From the NCBI GenBank assembly GCA_965221165.1, contig CBDCRP010000002.1:192001-256000 (forward strand): DNA of 64,000 nucleotides, in the 5' to 3' direction. The stretch comes from a bacterium (GTDB lineage Bacteria > UBA8248). This document shows, piece by piece, positions 50,089 through 59,215 of this stretch (position 1 is the stretch's first letter; every line of letters begins with the position of its first letter). The notes under the pieces are model-generated. The model searched no databases. It saw nothing but the letters and a program-made list of their open reading frames with translations, and was not told the origin of the DNA. Both the position numbers and the translations under genes were made by a program.

Positions 50089-51837
50089 CTACATGAGAGG
50101 TTTTTTCTCTATCGGGAGATGCATTTGAATCTTTTTTTTCAGTTCTTTATTTTTCGGGTCCGCCTCGGAAGCGCGCTTCCAATGGAGAAGCGCTTTTTCG
50201 AAATTGTTCAAGGCGAGATATATGTCGCCCAGGTGGTCGAGGATCACCGCATCCTTCGGCATCTTCGTCACCGCGTGCCGAACCTTCACGAGCGCTTCCT
50301 TGAAGCGGCCCTGACGGTAGTAGACCCACCCGATGCTGTCGAGGAAAGCGGCGTTTTCAGGCTCAACCGCCAAGGCGCGATCCAGAAGTCCTTCCGCCTC
50401 CTCGAGGTTCCTGTTGAGCTCAGAGAACATATAGCCCAGCAAATTGAGGGCGTTGGCATGTTTTGGGTTTTTTTGAATGATTTTCCGCGTCGTCGCCTCT
50501 ACGTCATCCCAGTGCTTGAGTTCGTAAAACACCGTGGAGAGCGAATACAAATACCCCACCCGGTCGGGCTTTAGTTTCACCGCTTTTTGAAGATAGGGAA
50601 GAGCTTCGGCGAACTTCTTTTGTCTGGACAGAAGCAAACCGCGCGTATAATGCACCCGTTCCTGGTCGGGGTGGTGCTTTTCGGCCTGATCCAAAATGCC
50701 GCTCGCCTTCTTCCATTTTTTCTGGTCGACGTACAGCCAGGCGAGTTGGATTTGCCCATCCAGGGATTTCGGAATCAGCGACAATAATTCGAGAAGTTCC
50801 TCCTCGGCGAGCGCATATTGCTTCAACTCCTCGTAAACCCTCGCAACATACCGGCGAACCAGCTCGTCTTTCGGTTTTCTCGCCAAAACGAATCGAAATT
50901 CCCGAAGGGCATCCTGATATTCTCTTTGATCAAAGCTCAAAAAACCGAGGGTCTTGTGTACTTCCACATTGTCGGGCTCTTTCGAACTGAGGACTTTGAA
51001 TTCCTTCAGGGCGTGCTTGTAATTCTTCTTGCGGATATAAAGCCGCCCCAGACGAGAGCGAATAATCCTGTTGCCGGGGTCGATTTTCTGCGCTTTTTTG
51101 TAGGTGGCCTCCGCCTCGTCGAAGTTTTCTTGCGCTTCATAGATTCTGGCAAGCAGGAGGATTCCTCGCGTGAATTTCGGTTGATGCTCAAGGAGTTTGA
51201 AAATCACCTTCTTTGCGTCTTTATATTTTTTCAAGCCCGCATAGGCCTGCGCCAGATAGAATCTGCCAAGCACGGGCCTTCTCCCCGACTCAACGAGGAC
51301 CTCGAACGTCTCGGAGGCTTGGAGATATTTGCCCAGTTCCAGGTAGGCGGTGCCCAGGAGCAGGCGCGTCTCCTGATGCCCAGGGCTCATCTTCAGCAAC
51401 TTGCGATACGTGGCGACGGCTTTGTCCAGCTTCATCCGAGAAGCGTATATGCCCCCCAGGACGAAGTGGGCCTCCAGGTTCCTGGAATCCTGCGCCGTCG
51501 CCTGGAGAGCGAACTTCTCGGCCCCGGCCAATTTCCCCTGACGGACGAGAAGCGATGCCAGACGAGTCGACAGAAAAGAGGAGTTCGGGTTGTTCTTGAC
51601 TGCCTGAAGATAGGACGACTCCGCGTCTTTCAGGTTTCCCGCCAATTCTTCCCGATATCCGGAGATGAAATGAAAATAGGATTTCGACGCTACCTTTATT
51701 TTGGCTGGAATCGGGCGGAGTTTGACTGCGGGCGCACGCATCACCTCCGGCTCCAGCGGCACGCATCCCGATAGAATCAGAACGAGGGGCAACACCAACT
51801 TGCCATAAAATTTGATCATCAAATGCGACCTCTCCAA
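50089..51837 (-). CDS. Tetratricopeptide repeat lipoprotein
   Basis: Lipobox LSGC, many TPR units, and ALNLLGY...DSIGWVYY...DHLGD. Confidence 0.9.
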   Translation of the reverse strand: MERSHLMIKFYGKLVLPLVLILSGCVPLEPEVMRAPAVKLRPIPAKIKVASKSYFHFISGYREELAGNLKDAESSYLQAVKNNPNSSFLSTRLASLLVRQGKLAGAEKFALQATAQDSRNLEAHFVLGGIYASRMKLDKAVATYRKLLKMSPGHQETRLLLGTAYLELGKYLQASETFEVLVESGRRPVLGRFYLAQAYAGLKKYKDAKKVIFKLLEHQPKFTRGILLLARIYEAQENFDEAEATYKKAQKIDPGNRIIRSRLGRLYIRKKNYKHALKEFKVLSSKEPDNVEVHKTLGFLSFDQREYQDALREFRFVLARKPKDELVRRYVARVYEELKQYALAEEELLELLSLIPKSLDGQIQLAWLYVDQKKWKKASGILDQAEKHHPDQERVHYTRGLLLSRQKKFAEALPYLQKAVKLKPDRVGYLYSLSTVFYELKHWDDVEATTRKIIQKNPKHANALNLLGYMFSELNRNLEEAEGLLDRALAVEPENAAFLDSIGWVYYRQGRFKEALVKVRHAVTKMPKDAVILDHLGDIYLALNNFEKALLHWKRASEADPKNKELKKKIQMHLPIEKKPLM

Positions 51838-51858
51838 CTACTTCCCATGCCTGGCGTA

Positions 51859-52395
51859 TTATAGGGAATTCTCATGCGTTCGAATATGACGGATGAGTTT
51901 TTCCGCCGCCTGGCGTAATTGCTCATCCCCCACGTCGGCAATGGCGTTTTCTATGGCGGCGTCATCAAAGGAGGAAATCGGCGTCGCTTTTCTGAAAAAA
52001 GCCGCCGATTCACTCTTCTCCTCATCATAGTCATACGCGAGCCCTGCGTTCGACAGCCTGAAGCGAATCTCACTGATGCGGGAATCCTCGATGTGCTCAT
52101 TGATTCTCGCCAGCAATTCCTGCTTTCTCAACTCGAGCTCTTGCATCCAGCTCGAATCCGCGACTTCCACGTGCAGGCAATTGTTCCTGAGAAAAACCGG
52201 CCGGGCCGCGCGTGAGATACCCTCGCCCACGGCCCTCGACCAGACGCGGAACACGAAATTATTGGCCAGCCGTCTACCCCAGGACTCTTTTTGGCGCAAC
52301 TCTCTCAGGATAGACGAAAACGCTCTGGGTTTCGAGAAGGGGCCCTTAGCCACTCGGGACGTCCTTTTTCTCGGGGCTCTTGGCGATTGCGCCAT
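51859..52395 (-). CDS. dciA: DUF721/DciA helicase-loader family protein
   Basis: W..AVGEGI...A.P......L.V.V.DSSWMQEL...K..L...IN pattern. Alternative GTG start at 52353. Confidence 0.75.
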   Translation of the reverse strand: MAQSPRAPRKRTSRVAKGPFSKPRAFSSILRELRQKESWGRRLANNFVFRVWSRAVGEGISRAARPVFLRNNCLHVEVADSSWMQELELRKQELLARINEHIEDSRISEIRFRLSNAGLAYDYDEEKSESAAFFRKATPISSFDDAAIENAIADVGDEQLRQAAEKLIRHIRTHENSL

Positions 52396-53059
52396 TGTGC
52401 ATTTCAGAAATTTCCCTCATCACGCGATCGATAATCTTCTGGCTCGCCTCTTTCGTGCTGGCGATGGCGTACTCGTCCTCTAAATCCATGGGCTCGCCGA
52501 ATCGTATCTCGATTCTCGCTCCTCGGCGGGGCATGGTTTTTCCCACCGGAATCACCTGGTCGGTTCCCTTCACCGAGACGGGCACGACCGTGGGGGTGGT
52601 GTTTCTCACGATTCGGCCCACCATCCGGTTCCCCCGCATCAGGCTCCCGTCGCGGCTGCGCGTACCCTCGGGGTAGAGTATCACTTTTCCTTCCCGGATA
52701 TATTCCTCAATCATCCGGATGGACTTTCTGTCCGCCCCGCCCCGTTTTACGGGAAAACCCCGCCATTTGCTCAATATCCAGCCCACGACGGGGAGTTCGA
52801 AAAGCTCCTCCTTGCCCGCCTGGCGAATCAGTTCCCTGGGGTATTTCGCATAGATGATCCAGGGTATCACCAGAACGTCCAGCGCGGAGATGTGATTGCT
52901 CAGAAAAAGGACGTTGCCGCCCGGGGGGATGTTCTCCGTTCCGATGATTTTGGGAATCGTGAATACGCGCACCAACAAACCCACGAACAGGAGCCCGAGC
53001 CGTATCATCAATCGTTCCATGAATGGACCCGTACCCACGATCAACTCGGAAGTCCCCAA
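52346..53059 (-). CDS. Lysophospholipid acyltransferase (PlsC family)
   Basis: NHISALD (HX4D), KEELF, FPVKRG and YPEGTRS. Start may be ATG at 53020. Confidence 0.9.
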   Translation of the reverse strand: MGTSELIVGTGPFMERLMIRLGLLFVGLLVRVFTIPKIIGTENIPPGGNVLFLSNHISALDVLVIPWIIYAKYPRELIRQAGKEELFELPVVGWILSKWRGFPVKRGGADRKSIRMIEEYIREGKVILYPEGTRSRDGSLMRGNRMVGRIVRNTTPTVVPVSVKGTDQVIPVGKTMPRRGARIEIRFGEPMDLEDEYAIASTKEASQKIIDRVMREISEMHNGAIAKSPEKKDVPSG

Positions 53060-53283
53060 TCATTCAGACATGCGGAAACAATAAATTTCATGATTTTCAA
53101 CAGTCGAACCACCCAGAAGGCGCAGGGCGCAACAACGCGCATACGGACGGAGCGTTATTATATCCCTTATGACGGGAAAGAACACAAGGGGAGACGGAAA
53201 ATGAGGTTGCCCGGTGAAGAAGGGGGTGCAATAATTCGCCCGCTTTCAGGAGAGTGGCCGTTGGCCCGAGAGGAGAATTTTGC

Positions 53284-54666
53284 GTGTCGAGCATCAACCC
53301 CCTGATCTTCAGGGAATATGACATCCGGGGCGTGGTGGGCAGCGACCTCACCACCGGGGTCGTCGAAACCATCGGAGGCGCTCTCGGCACGCACTTGGGC
53401 GGCGCGCAAGGGGCCGCCATCGCCATCGGGCGCGACAACCGCTTCTCCTCCCCCGATTTTTACGATGCGCTCCAAAAAGGCCTCACCGCCTCGGGCTGCC
53501 GCGTCATCGGAATCGGCATGGTGCCCACCCCGGTGGTTTCCTTCGCGACGCATCACTTCGACGTGGCGGGGGCGGTGCAGATCACGGGCTCCCACAACCC
53601 GCCGGAATTCAACGGCTTCAAGATCACCCGGGGACGCGAGGCGATTCACGGCGAGGAAATTCAAACGATACGAAAAATCATCGAAGAGGGCCGTATCCAC
53701 CGGGCAGATGCACGAGGGGCATTCAGTGAGGTCGACATCAGACCCCAATACATCGAGCGCGCCTCTCAGGATCTGGCGCTCTCGCGGCCCGTCAAGGTGG
53801 TCCTCGATGCGGGAAACGGCATAGGCGGCACGGTGGCGCCCCAGGTATTGAGAAACATCGGCGCCGAGGTGGTGGAGTTGTTCACCGAACCCGACGGCTC
53901 CTACCCGAACCACCACCCCGACCCCACGGTGCCCAAGAACCTAGAATCCCTGATAGCGAAGGTCCGCGAGACGGGCGCCGAGGTGGGAATCGGCCTGGAC
54001 GGCGACGGCGACCGCATCGGCGCGGTGGACGCCACTGGCAGAATCATCTGGGGAGACGAACTGCTCATTCTCCTCGCTGCGCCCATTCTGGCGCGCAGCC
54101 CGGGAGAGGCGGTCGTCTTCGACGTGAAGTGCTCATCGCGCCTGGCCGACGCCGTGAAGCGGATGGGCGGGCGTCCGGTGATGAGCGCGACGGGGCACTC
54201 CCTCGTGCGCGCCAAGATAGTGGAGGAGAAATCCCCGCTGGGCGGCGAACTTTCGGGCCACATCTTTTTCGTGGACGGTTATCTGGGCTATGACGACGCC
54301 ATCTACACTTCGGCGAGGCTCCTGCACCTTCTTTGCGACTCCGAGGGGGAAACGCTCGCCGAGCGCGTCTCGAAAATCCCCGCTTCGGTCTCCACGCCCG
54401 AGATCAGGGTCGCGTGTCCGGATGAGGAGAAATTCCAGATCGTCGAAAACCTAAAGAATCACTTTAAGAAACTATACGAAACCATCGAGGTCGACGGCGC
54501 GCGCATCAACTTCGATAAAGGCTGGGGCCTCATTCGGGCTTCGAACACGCAACCCGTCCTCGTTATGCGCTTCGAGGCGCTCGATGAAGCCTCCCTCAAG
54601 GCATACCGGCACGAAGTATACGAGGAGATAAAAAAATACCCCACCGTCTCCCTGCCAGATGCGTAA
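53284..54666 (+). CDS. Phosphomannomutase/phosphoglucomutase
   Basis: IFREYDIRG, TGSHNP, DGDGDR, GELSGH and RASNTQP. GTG at 53284 after GAGGAG. Confidence 0.93.
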   Translation: MSSINPLIFREYDIRGVVGSDLTTGVVETIGGALGTHLGGAQGAAIAIGRDNRFSSPDFYDALQKGLTASGCRVIGIGMVPTPVVSFATHHFDVAGAVQITGSHNPPEFNGFKITRGREAIHGEEIQTIRKIIEEGRIHRADARGAFSEVDIRPQYIERASQDLALSRPVKVVLDAGNGIGGTVAPQVLRNIGAEVVELFTEPDGSYPNHHPDPTVPKNLESLIAKVRETGAEVGIGLDGDGDRIGAVDATGRIIWGDELLILLAAPILARSPGEAVVFDVKCSSRLADAVKRMGGRPVMSATGHSLVRAKIVEEKSPLGGELSGHIFFVDGYLGYDDAIYTSARLLHLLCDSEGETLAERVSKIPASVSTPEIRVACPDEEKFQIVENLKNHFKKLYETIEVDGARINFDKGWGLIRASNTQPVLVMRFEALDEASLKAYRHEVYEEIKKYPTVSLPDA

Positions 54667-55246
54667 ACTTCGCGCACTCTATGACTGGGTGCTGAACTGG
54701 GCGGATTCTCGCTACGGCCTGCCCGTCCTCATCGTCTTATCGACCACGGAATCCATCTTTTTCCCCATACCGCCCGATCCGCTTCTGATGGCCCTGGCGC
54801 TTTCCAGACCTCAAAAAGCGTATCTCTACGCCGCCGTCTGCTCGGCATCCTCCGTTGTGGGTGGGGCGCTGGGCTACTTAATCGGCTTCTATCTCTTACA
54901 GAGCATCGGCGAGCCCATCATCGCCTTCTACGGCGTTGCGGATAAATACCGACTCGTTCAGGAATACTACCGCGCCTATGACGCCTGGGCGGTGGGAATC
55001 GCCGGCTTCACGCCTATCCCCTATAAAGTGTTCACCATCTCGGCGGGCGCGTTCGAAATCAATTTTCTCGTTTTCCTCATCGCGTCGACCTTAAGCCGTT
55101 CGGCGCGCTTTTTCCTGGAAGCCGCGCTCATCCACCGCTTCGGACCGCCGATAAGAAGTTTCATCGATCGCTACTTTAATTTATTGACCATTCTCTTTAT
55201 CGTATTGCTTTTGGGCGGTTTTCTCCTGTTCAAAGGATTCTTCTAG
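54659..55246 (+). CDS. YqaA/DedA-family membrane protein
   Basis: ESIFFPIPPD and AGFTPIPYKVFTISAG. Confidence 0.88.
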   Translation: MRKLRALYDWVLNWADSRYGLPVLIVLSTTESIFFPIPPDPLLMALALSRPQKAYLYAAVCSASSVVGGALGYLIGFYLLQSIGEPIIAFYGVADKYRLVQEYYRAYDAWAVGIAGFTPIPYKVFTISAGAFEINFLVFLIASTLSRSARFFLEAALIHRFGPPIRSFIDRYFNLLTILFIVLLLGGFLLFKGFF

Positions 55247-56361
55247 TGGCCCGACGGAATGCGCCCCCCCTTTGGGCGGTCATCATGGCGGGAGGCTCTG
55301 GAACGCGCTTCTGGCCCGTGAGCAGAAAAGCGAAGCCCAAGCAATTTCTGCCCCCGGGCGGGGGGATTCCTCAGAAAAACGCCGGCCCATCGCTGCTCGA
55401 ACTCACGCTCAGGCGCGCGCGCGGCCTCGCACCTCCCGAGCGCACGCTCATCATGGCTTCGGCGGCGCACAGGAAATTTTTCAGAAACCTCGATATCCCC
55501 AAGCGCAACATCGTCTATGAGCCCGAGGCGCGAAACACCGCTCCCTGTCTCGGCCTGGCGGCCCGCCTCATCGAATCGAGAGAACCCGGCGCGGCGATGT
55601 GCGCCCTGCCCGCAGACCAGTTCATCGGTGAGACGAGAGCGTTTCGAAAACTCATCAAGGCGGGCGCTGCGCTGGCGAGTGAGCATGGGGCCATCGTCTC
55701 ACTCGGGGTGACGCCGCACTCCCCCGAGACCGGCTTCGGCTACATCGAGCGCGGCCGCCGCATCACGGGCGCGAAAGAGATCGAGGCTTTTCGCGCCAAG
55801 AATTTTTGGGAAAAGCCCCCGCTCGCACGGGCCACGCAGTATGCGGCCTCCGGGAAACACTACTGGAACAGCGGTATTTTCATCTCCCGGGCCGCCCGCC
55901 TGATCGATGAACTCGAGGCCCACCTGCCCCGCCTGAGCGCTATTTTAAGCCGGGCGGCATCCGCATTTGATAAGCGCGACGCCGCTTCTTTCGAGAAATT
56001 CTGGGTGAAGTGCGAATCCATCAGCATCGATCACGCGGTGATGGAGAAAACGCGCAATCTCATCGTCTTGCCGGCCGAGGTAGGCTGGAGCGATCTGGGC
56101 TCCTGGCCCGCCATCCGGGGCGTTTTGCCGCGCGATGAGGCCGGCAACCTCTGGATGCTGCCCCAGGGAGGCAAAACCAAATCCATTGACGCCCGAAACC
56201 TCATCGTCCGCTCAAACAAGAAATTCGTCGCCGCCATCGGGGTCGAGAATCTCATTCTCATCGAGACGGACGATGCGCTCCTCGTCTGCTCGATTACGGA
56301 TGCGCAGAAAATCGGCGAGATGATCAAGAATCTCGACCAGGAGAATACCAAATTTCTATGA
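55246..56361 (+). CDS. manC: Mannose-1-phosphate guanylyltransferase (no C-terminal cupin)
   Basis: IMAGGSGTRFWP.SR...PKQF, EP..RNTAP, PETGFGYI, EKP, WNSGIF and WSDLGSW. Confidence 0.9.
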   Translation: MARRNAPPLWAVIMAGGSGTRFWPVSRKAKPKQFLPPGGGIPQKNAGPSLLELTLRRARGLAPPERTLIMASAAHRKFFRNLDIPKRNIVYEPEARNTAPCLGLAARLIESREPGAAMCALPADQFIGETRAFRKLIKAGAALASEHGAIVSLGVTPHSPETGFGYIERGRRITGAKEIEAFRAKNFWEKPPLARATQYAASGKHYWNSGIFISRAARLIDELEAHLPRLSAILSRAASAFDKRDAASFEKFWVKCESISIDHAVMEKTRNLIVLPAEVGWSDLGSWPAIRGVLPRDEAGNLWMLPQGGKTKSIDARNLIVRSNKKFVAAIGVENLILIETDDALLVCSITDAQKIGEMIKNLDQENTKFL

Positions 56362-56377
56362 ACCGCTCGCAGGATAC

Positions 56378-57190
56378 GTGAACATGCTCTGGGAACACGC
56401 CCTCATTCTCGGTATCGTGCAAGGCCTCACCGAATTTCTGCCCGTGAGCAGCTCGGGCCATCTCGTTTTAGGACAAAGCATTCTCGGGCTGAAAGAACCA
56501 GAGTTGCTCTTCGACATACTGCTCCACGTCGGCACGCTCGCCGCCGTATTGATTTTTTACGGAAAGGATTTGTGGCGCATCGGGCGGGGCTGGTGCGCGT
56601 CCCTGGCGGGCAAAGACCAGGGCGACGGCGCATCCAGAACGGGCTGGCTCTTGATTCTCGGCTCCGTGCCTGCGGGAATCGTGGGCGTTTTTCTGGGTGA
56701 TCTGGTCGTGCAAATGTTCGCCTCGCCCAAACTCGCCGCCTGCGCGCTGCTCGTAACCGGCGGAATTTTGTATTTCAGCAAGCCCGGACAAGACGCGGGC
56801 CGGGGAGAGGCGCAAATGACGGCCAAAGACGCGCTTTTCATCGGCGTTTTCCAGGCATTCGCCATCGTTCCGGGAATCTCCCGCTCGGGCGCGACCATCG
56901 CCGCGGCCCTCATGCGCGGGGTGGCGCGCGAACAAGCCGCGCGCTTCAGTTTTCTGCTCTCAGTACCCGCGATTTCAGGCGCATTTCTGCTCAAGATAAA
57001 AGATTTAGAAGGTCCTCTAGGTGCTAAGCTGCTCCCCTACGCCGTCGGCGCGGTCGCCTCGGCGGTCGTGGGAGCCGTCGCCCTGGGCTGGCTCATCCGG
57101 ATCGTCCGAGGCGGCAACCTGGCGCGCTTCCGCTTCTATTGCTGGGGCGCGGGCGCACTCTCCCTCGTCTATCTGTTCACAACGGGCTAG
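56378..57190 (+). CDS. uppP: Undecaprenyl-diphosphate phosphatase
   Basis: QGLTEFLPVSSSGHL, PGISRSGATI and FSFLL. Confidence 0.95.
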   Translation: MNMLWEHALILGIVQGLTEFLPVSSSGHLVLGQSILGLKEPELLFDILLHVGTLAAVLIFYGKDLWRIGRGWCASLAGKDQGDGASRTGWLLILGSVPAGIVGVFLGDLVVQMFASPKLAACALLVTGGILYFSKPGQDAGRGEAQMTAKDALFIGVFQAFAIVPGISRSGATIAAALMRGVAREQAARFSFLLSVPAISGAFLLKIKDLEGPLGAKLLPYAVGAVASAVVGAVALGWLIRIVRGGNLARFRFYCWGAGALSLVYLFTTG

Positions 57191-57202
57191 CGGGTGATTC
57201 GC

Positions 57203-57817
57203 CTAGTGCATGGGCGAGAAGGAAGCGGGCACCCATATCTCCGAATTCTGCGTATCGAGGAACGGACGCGAACCCGGAGGCCAGTTCGGCAGTTCCTGCG
57301 CTTTTTGGCGGATCTCGGCGCGATGGTTCATGTCGTCATACGCCCAGACGTGAATCCACTGGTTCAGGGGCCCCATGTCGGTCATGAAGAGCGCCGCCAG
57401 CGGGGAGAGCTCTTCTCTCGCCGCGATGTGCTCGGTCCAGCGGCTCAAGACCTCGCCCGTCTTGCCGGGTTGCACGGTGTAGGTTCTGAACTCATATACG
57501 CCGCCATACGCTCCCAGGCGCGGTTCGGGCCGAAACGGAGGAGCCGTGAGAACCGCGCTCTCCTGTTCGAGAATGAGATGCCCGTTGGGCGGCGGCCACC
57601 AGTCCATCGATACCGTCTTCGCCCGCACTTCGGCGCGGTGATCCAGACTCTCATACTGCCAGATGTGCCTGACGCGGTTCAGGTCTCCGACCTCGGTATG
57701 GAAAAATCCCATGATCGGAGAAAGTTCGTTTCTCTTGTCGATGACTTTTGAAAAATTCTCCTCGAACTCGGCCACGCCGCCGACGGTCAGCCTATAAGTG
57801 CGCATCTCGTATATCAT
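57203..57817 (-). CDS. Tandem NIPSNAP domain protein
   Basis: Two repeats of YE.RTY...G.LN...H.W.Y.....RA. Confidence 0.88.
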   Translation of the reverse strand: MIYEMRTYRLTVGGVAEFEENFSKVIDKRNELSPIMGFFHTEVGDLNRVRHIWQYESLDHRAEVRAKTVSMDWWPPPNGHLILEQESAVLTAPPFRPEPRLGAYGGVYEFRTYTVQPGKTGEVLSRWTEHIAAREELSPLAALFMTDMGPLNQWIHVWAYDDMNHRAEIRQKAQELPNWPPGSRPFLDTQNSEIWVPASFSPMH

Positions 57818-58017
57818 GGAAAATCTCCTCCCGGATGGCTTCAGAAAAAGGGTTTATCCGAAGTGTAGGGCCTGACGGCCCGGCGGGCAAGGACGACAGG
57901 CCCTTTTTCGCTCCGAATCGTTCGCGCAAGCGCGAGTGGCGAAACCTCTCTATTCGGGGTTGTTGAATAAGTCCCCAAAAAAAATGGATTTCTCAATCGA
58001 CATACGCTTATGAAATG

Positions 58018-58079
58018 ACTCCCCCCTTGAGGGTTGAGACCGACATTCGAGGGAGAAAAACCACTCCCCCCTTGAGGGT
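58018..58079. repeat. Exact 17-bp direct repeat
   Basis: ACTCCCCCCTTGAGGGT at 58018-58034 and 58063-58079. Confidence 0.9.
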
Positions 58080-58186
58080 CATTTCCGACCGGGGAGGGAG
58101 GGAATGTAGCAGAAGCCGAGCGGTTTGTGCGAAGGCTGATGCGTGGGGGGTGAATTCCGACTGAAGAAGGAGGAATTGACCACCGC

Positions 58187-58353
58187 CGTCATTCCGGCGA
58201 AAGCCGGAATCCAGTGCCGATCGGAATGACAATAACTCCGGCTTTTCATCTCCCCGTCATTGGCGGGAATCAATCAGAAAATAAAAAACAAAGGCAAAAC
58301 ACATGGATTCCGCAGCCCCTCCTTCCTCAGTCGGGACTGACGCCGGAATGACG
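58187..58353. repeat. Inverted pair of CGTC-tagged palindromic (REP-like) repeats
   Basis: CGTCATTCCGGC-GAAA-GCCGGAATCCAG (58187-58214) and an interrupted inverted copy TGGATTCCG...CGCCGGAATGACG (58304-58353). Confidence 0.8.
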
Positions 58354-58372
58354 AACAAAGCCGCAGCACCTC

Positions 58373-58423
58373 GTAAGGACGACAGGTCGCGACCTTGGAC
58401 AGGCACAGGGGCCTGTCCGCTAC
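58373..58423. repeat. GTAG-tagged REP-like palindromes
   Basis: Minus strand GTAGC-GGACAGGC-CCCTGT-GCCTGTCC (58423-58397) and a degenerate plus-strand GTAAGGACGAC-AGGTCGCGACCT (58373-58395). Confidence 0.7.
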
Positions 58424-58510
58424 GGACCCCCCTCTCCGGTTGGTTCCATTCTCCAAATAAAGAAATCCGTATTTTTCAACAAACCCGAACGCGCGAGCGG
58501 CGAATCCTCC

Positions 58511-59215
58511 CTATTCGCCCAGATAGGCTTCGCGAACGGCAGGCGAATCGCGCAAGACGTCCGGCTCATCGCCCATGACGATTCGCCCCGTCTCCATCAC
58601 ATACGCCCAATCCGAGAAATTGAGCGCGAGGTGCGCGTTTTGCTCGACTAGAAAAATGCCCGTTCCCTCATCGCGAATTCGCGTCAGTACCTCGAAGATG
58701 GTCTCGATGATCCTGGGCGCAAGGCCGAGGGAGGGTTCATCGAGCAGGAGGAGGCTGGGCCGCGACATCAAGGCGCGGGCGATGGCCAGCATCTGCTGCT
58801 CTCCGCCGGAGAGCGTGCCGCCCCTCTGCGCGCGCCGCTCGTGCAGAACGGGAAACAGGGAGCAGACGTAATCGAGGTCTTCTTTCACGCCGCCTGGGTC
58901 GTTCCTCAGAAAAGCGCCCATCTCCAGATTTTCGAGCACGGTCAAGTGCGGGAAGATGCGCCTGCCCTCGGGCACCTGACAAATGCCGCGCCTCACGATG
59001 TCGTCCGGCTCCCGGGCGTGAATGGCTTCGCCCTCGAGTAGTATCTCGCCCCCGGATATGGCGTTGACGCCGCAGATCGCCATGAGGGTGGAGGATTTTC
59101 CCGCCCCGTTGCTGCCGATGAGACAGACGACCTGCCCCGGGCGCACTTCCAACGACACGCCCTGGAGCGCGTGGATGTGGCCGTAGTAGAAATGAATATC
59201 TCTCAACTCAAGCAT
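58511..59215 (-). CDS. livF: Branched-chain amino acid ABC transporter ATP-binding protein
   Basis: GSNGAGKS, QVPEGRRIF, LSGGEQQMLAIARALM and DEPSLGLAP. ATG at 59215. Confidence 0.93.
   Translation of the reverse strand: MLELRDIHFYYGHIHALQGVSLEVRPGQVVCLIGSNGAGKSSTLMAICGVNAISGGEILLEGEAIHAREPDDIVRRGICQVPEGRRIFPHLTVLENLEMGAFLRNDPGGVKEDLDYVCSLFPVLHERRAQRGGTLSGGEQQMLAIARALMSRPSLLLLDEPSLGLAPRIIETIFEVLTRIRDEGTGIFLVEQNAHLALNFSDWAYVMETGRIVMGDEPDVLRDSPAVREAYLGE

Larger units (their letters stand above)
57953..58489. mobile_element. Non-autonomous MITE-like element
   Basis: Terminal inverted repeats TTCGGGGTTGTTGAATAA (57953-57970) and TTTTTCAACAAACCCGAA (58472-58489) match at 16/18. Flanked by 27-bp direct repeats. 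No transposase ORF. Confidence 0.65.
57930..58517. repeat. 27-bp imperfect direct repeat pair flanking the element
   Basis: GCGCGAGTGGCGAAACCTCTCTATTCG (57930-57956) vs GCGCGAGCGGCGAATCCTCCCTATTCG (58491-58517), 24/27 identical. Confidence 0.85.

Noticed and set aside
58018-58079. Mini CRISPR array
   Set aside because: Only two 17-bp copies, too short for CRISPR repeats, and no cas genes are present.
57889-58386. 12-bp match AAGGACGACAGG at 57889-57900 and 58375-58386
   Set aside because: The match is real but short and fits no boundary of the element, so it cannot be separated from chance or shared REP ancestry.
58008-58578. Short ORFs in the repeat region (58008-58232, 58079-58273, 58274-58456, 58303-58578)
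   Set aside because: They translate the palindromic repeats (for example LDSGFRRND and WIPAFAGMT) and have no RBS or domain support.
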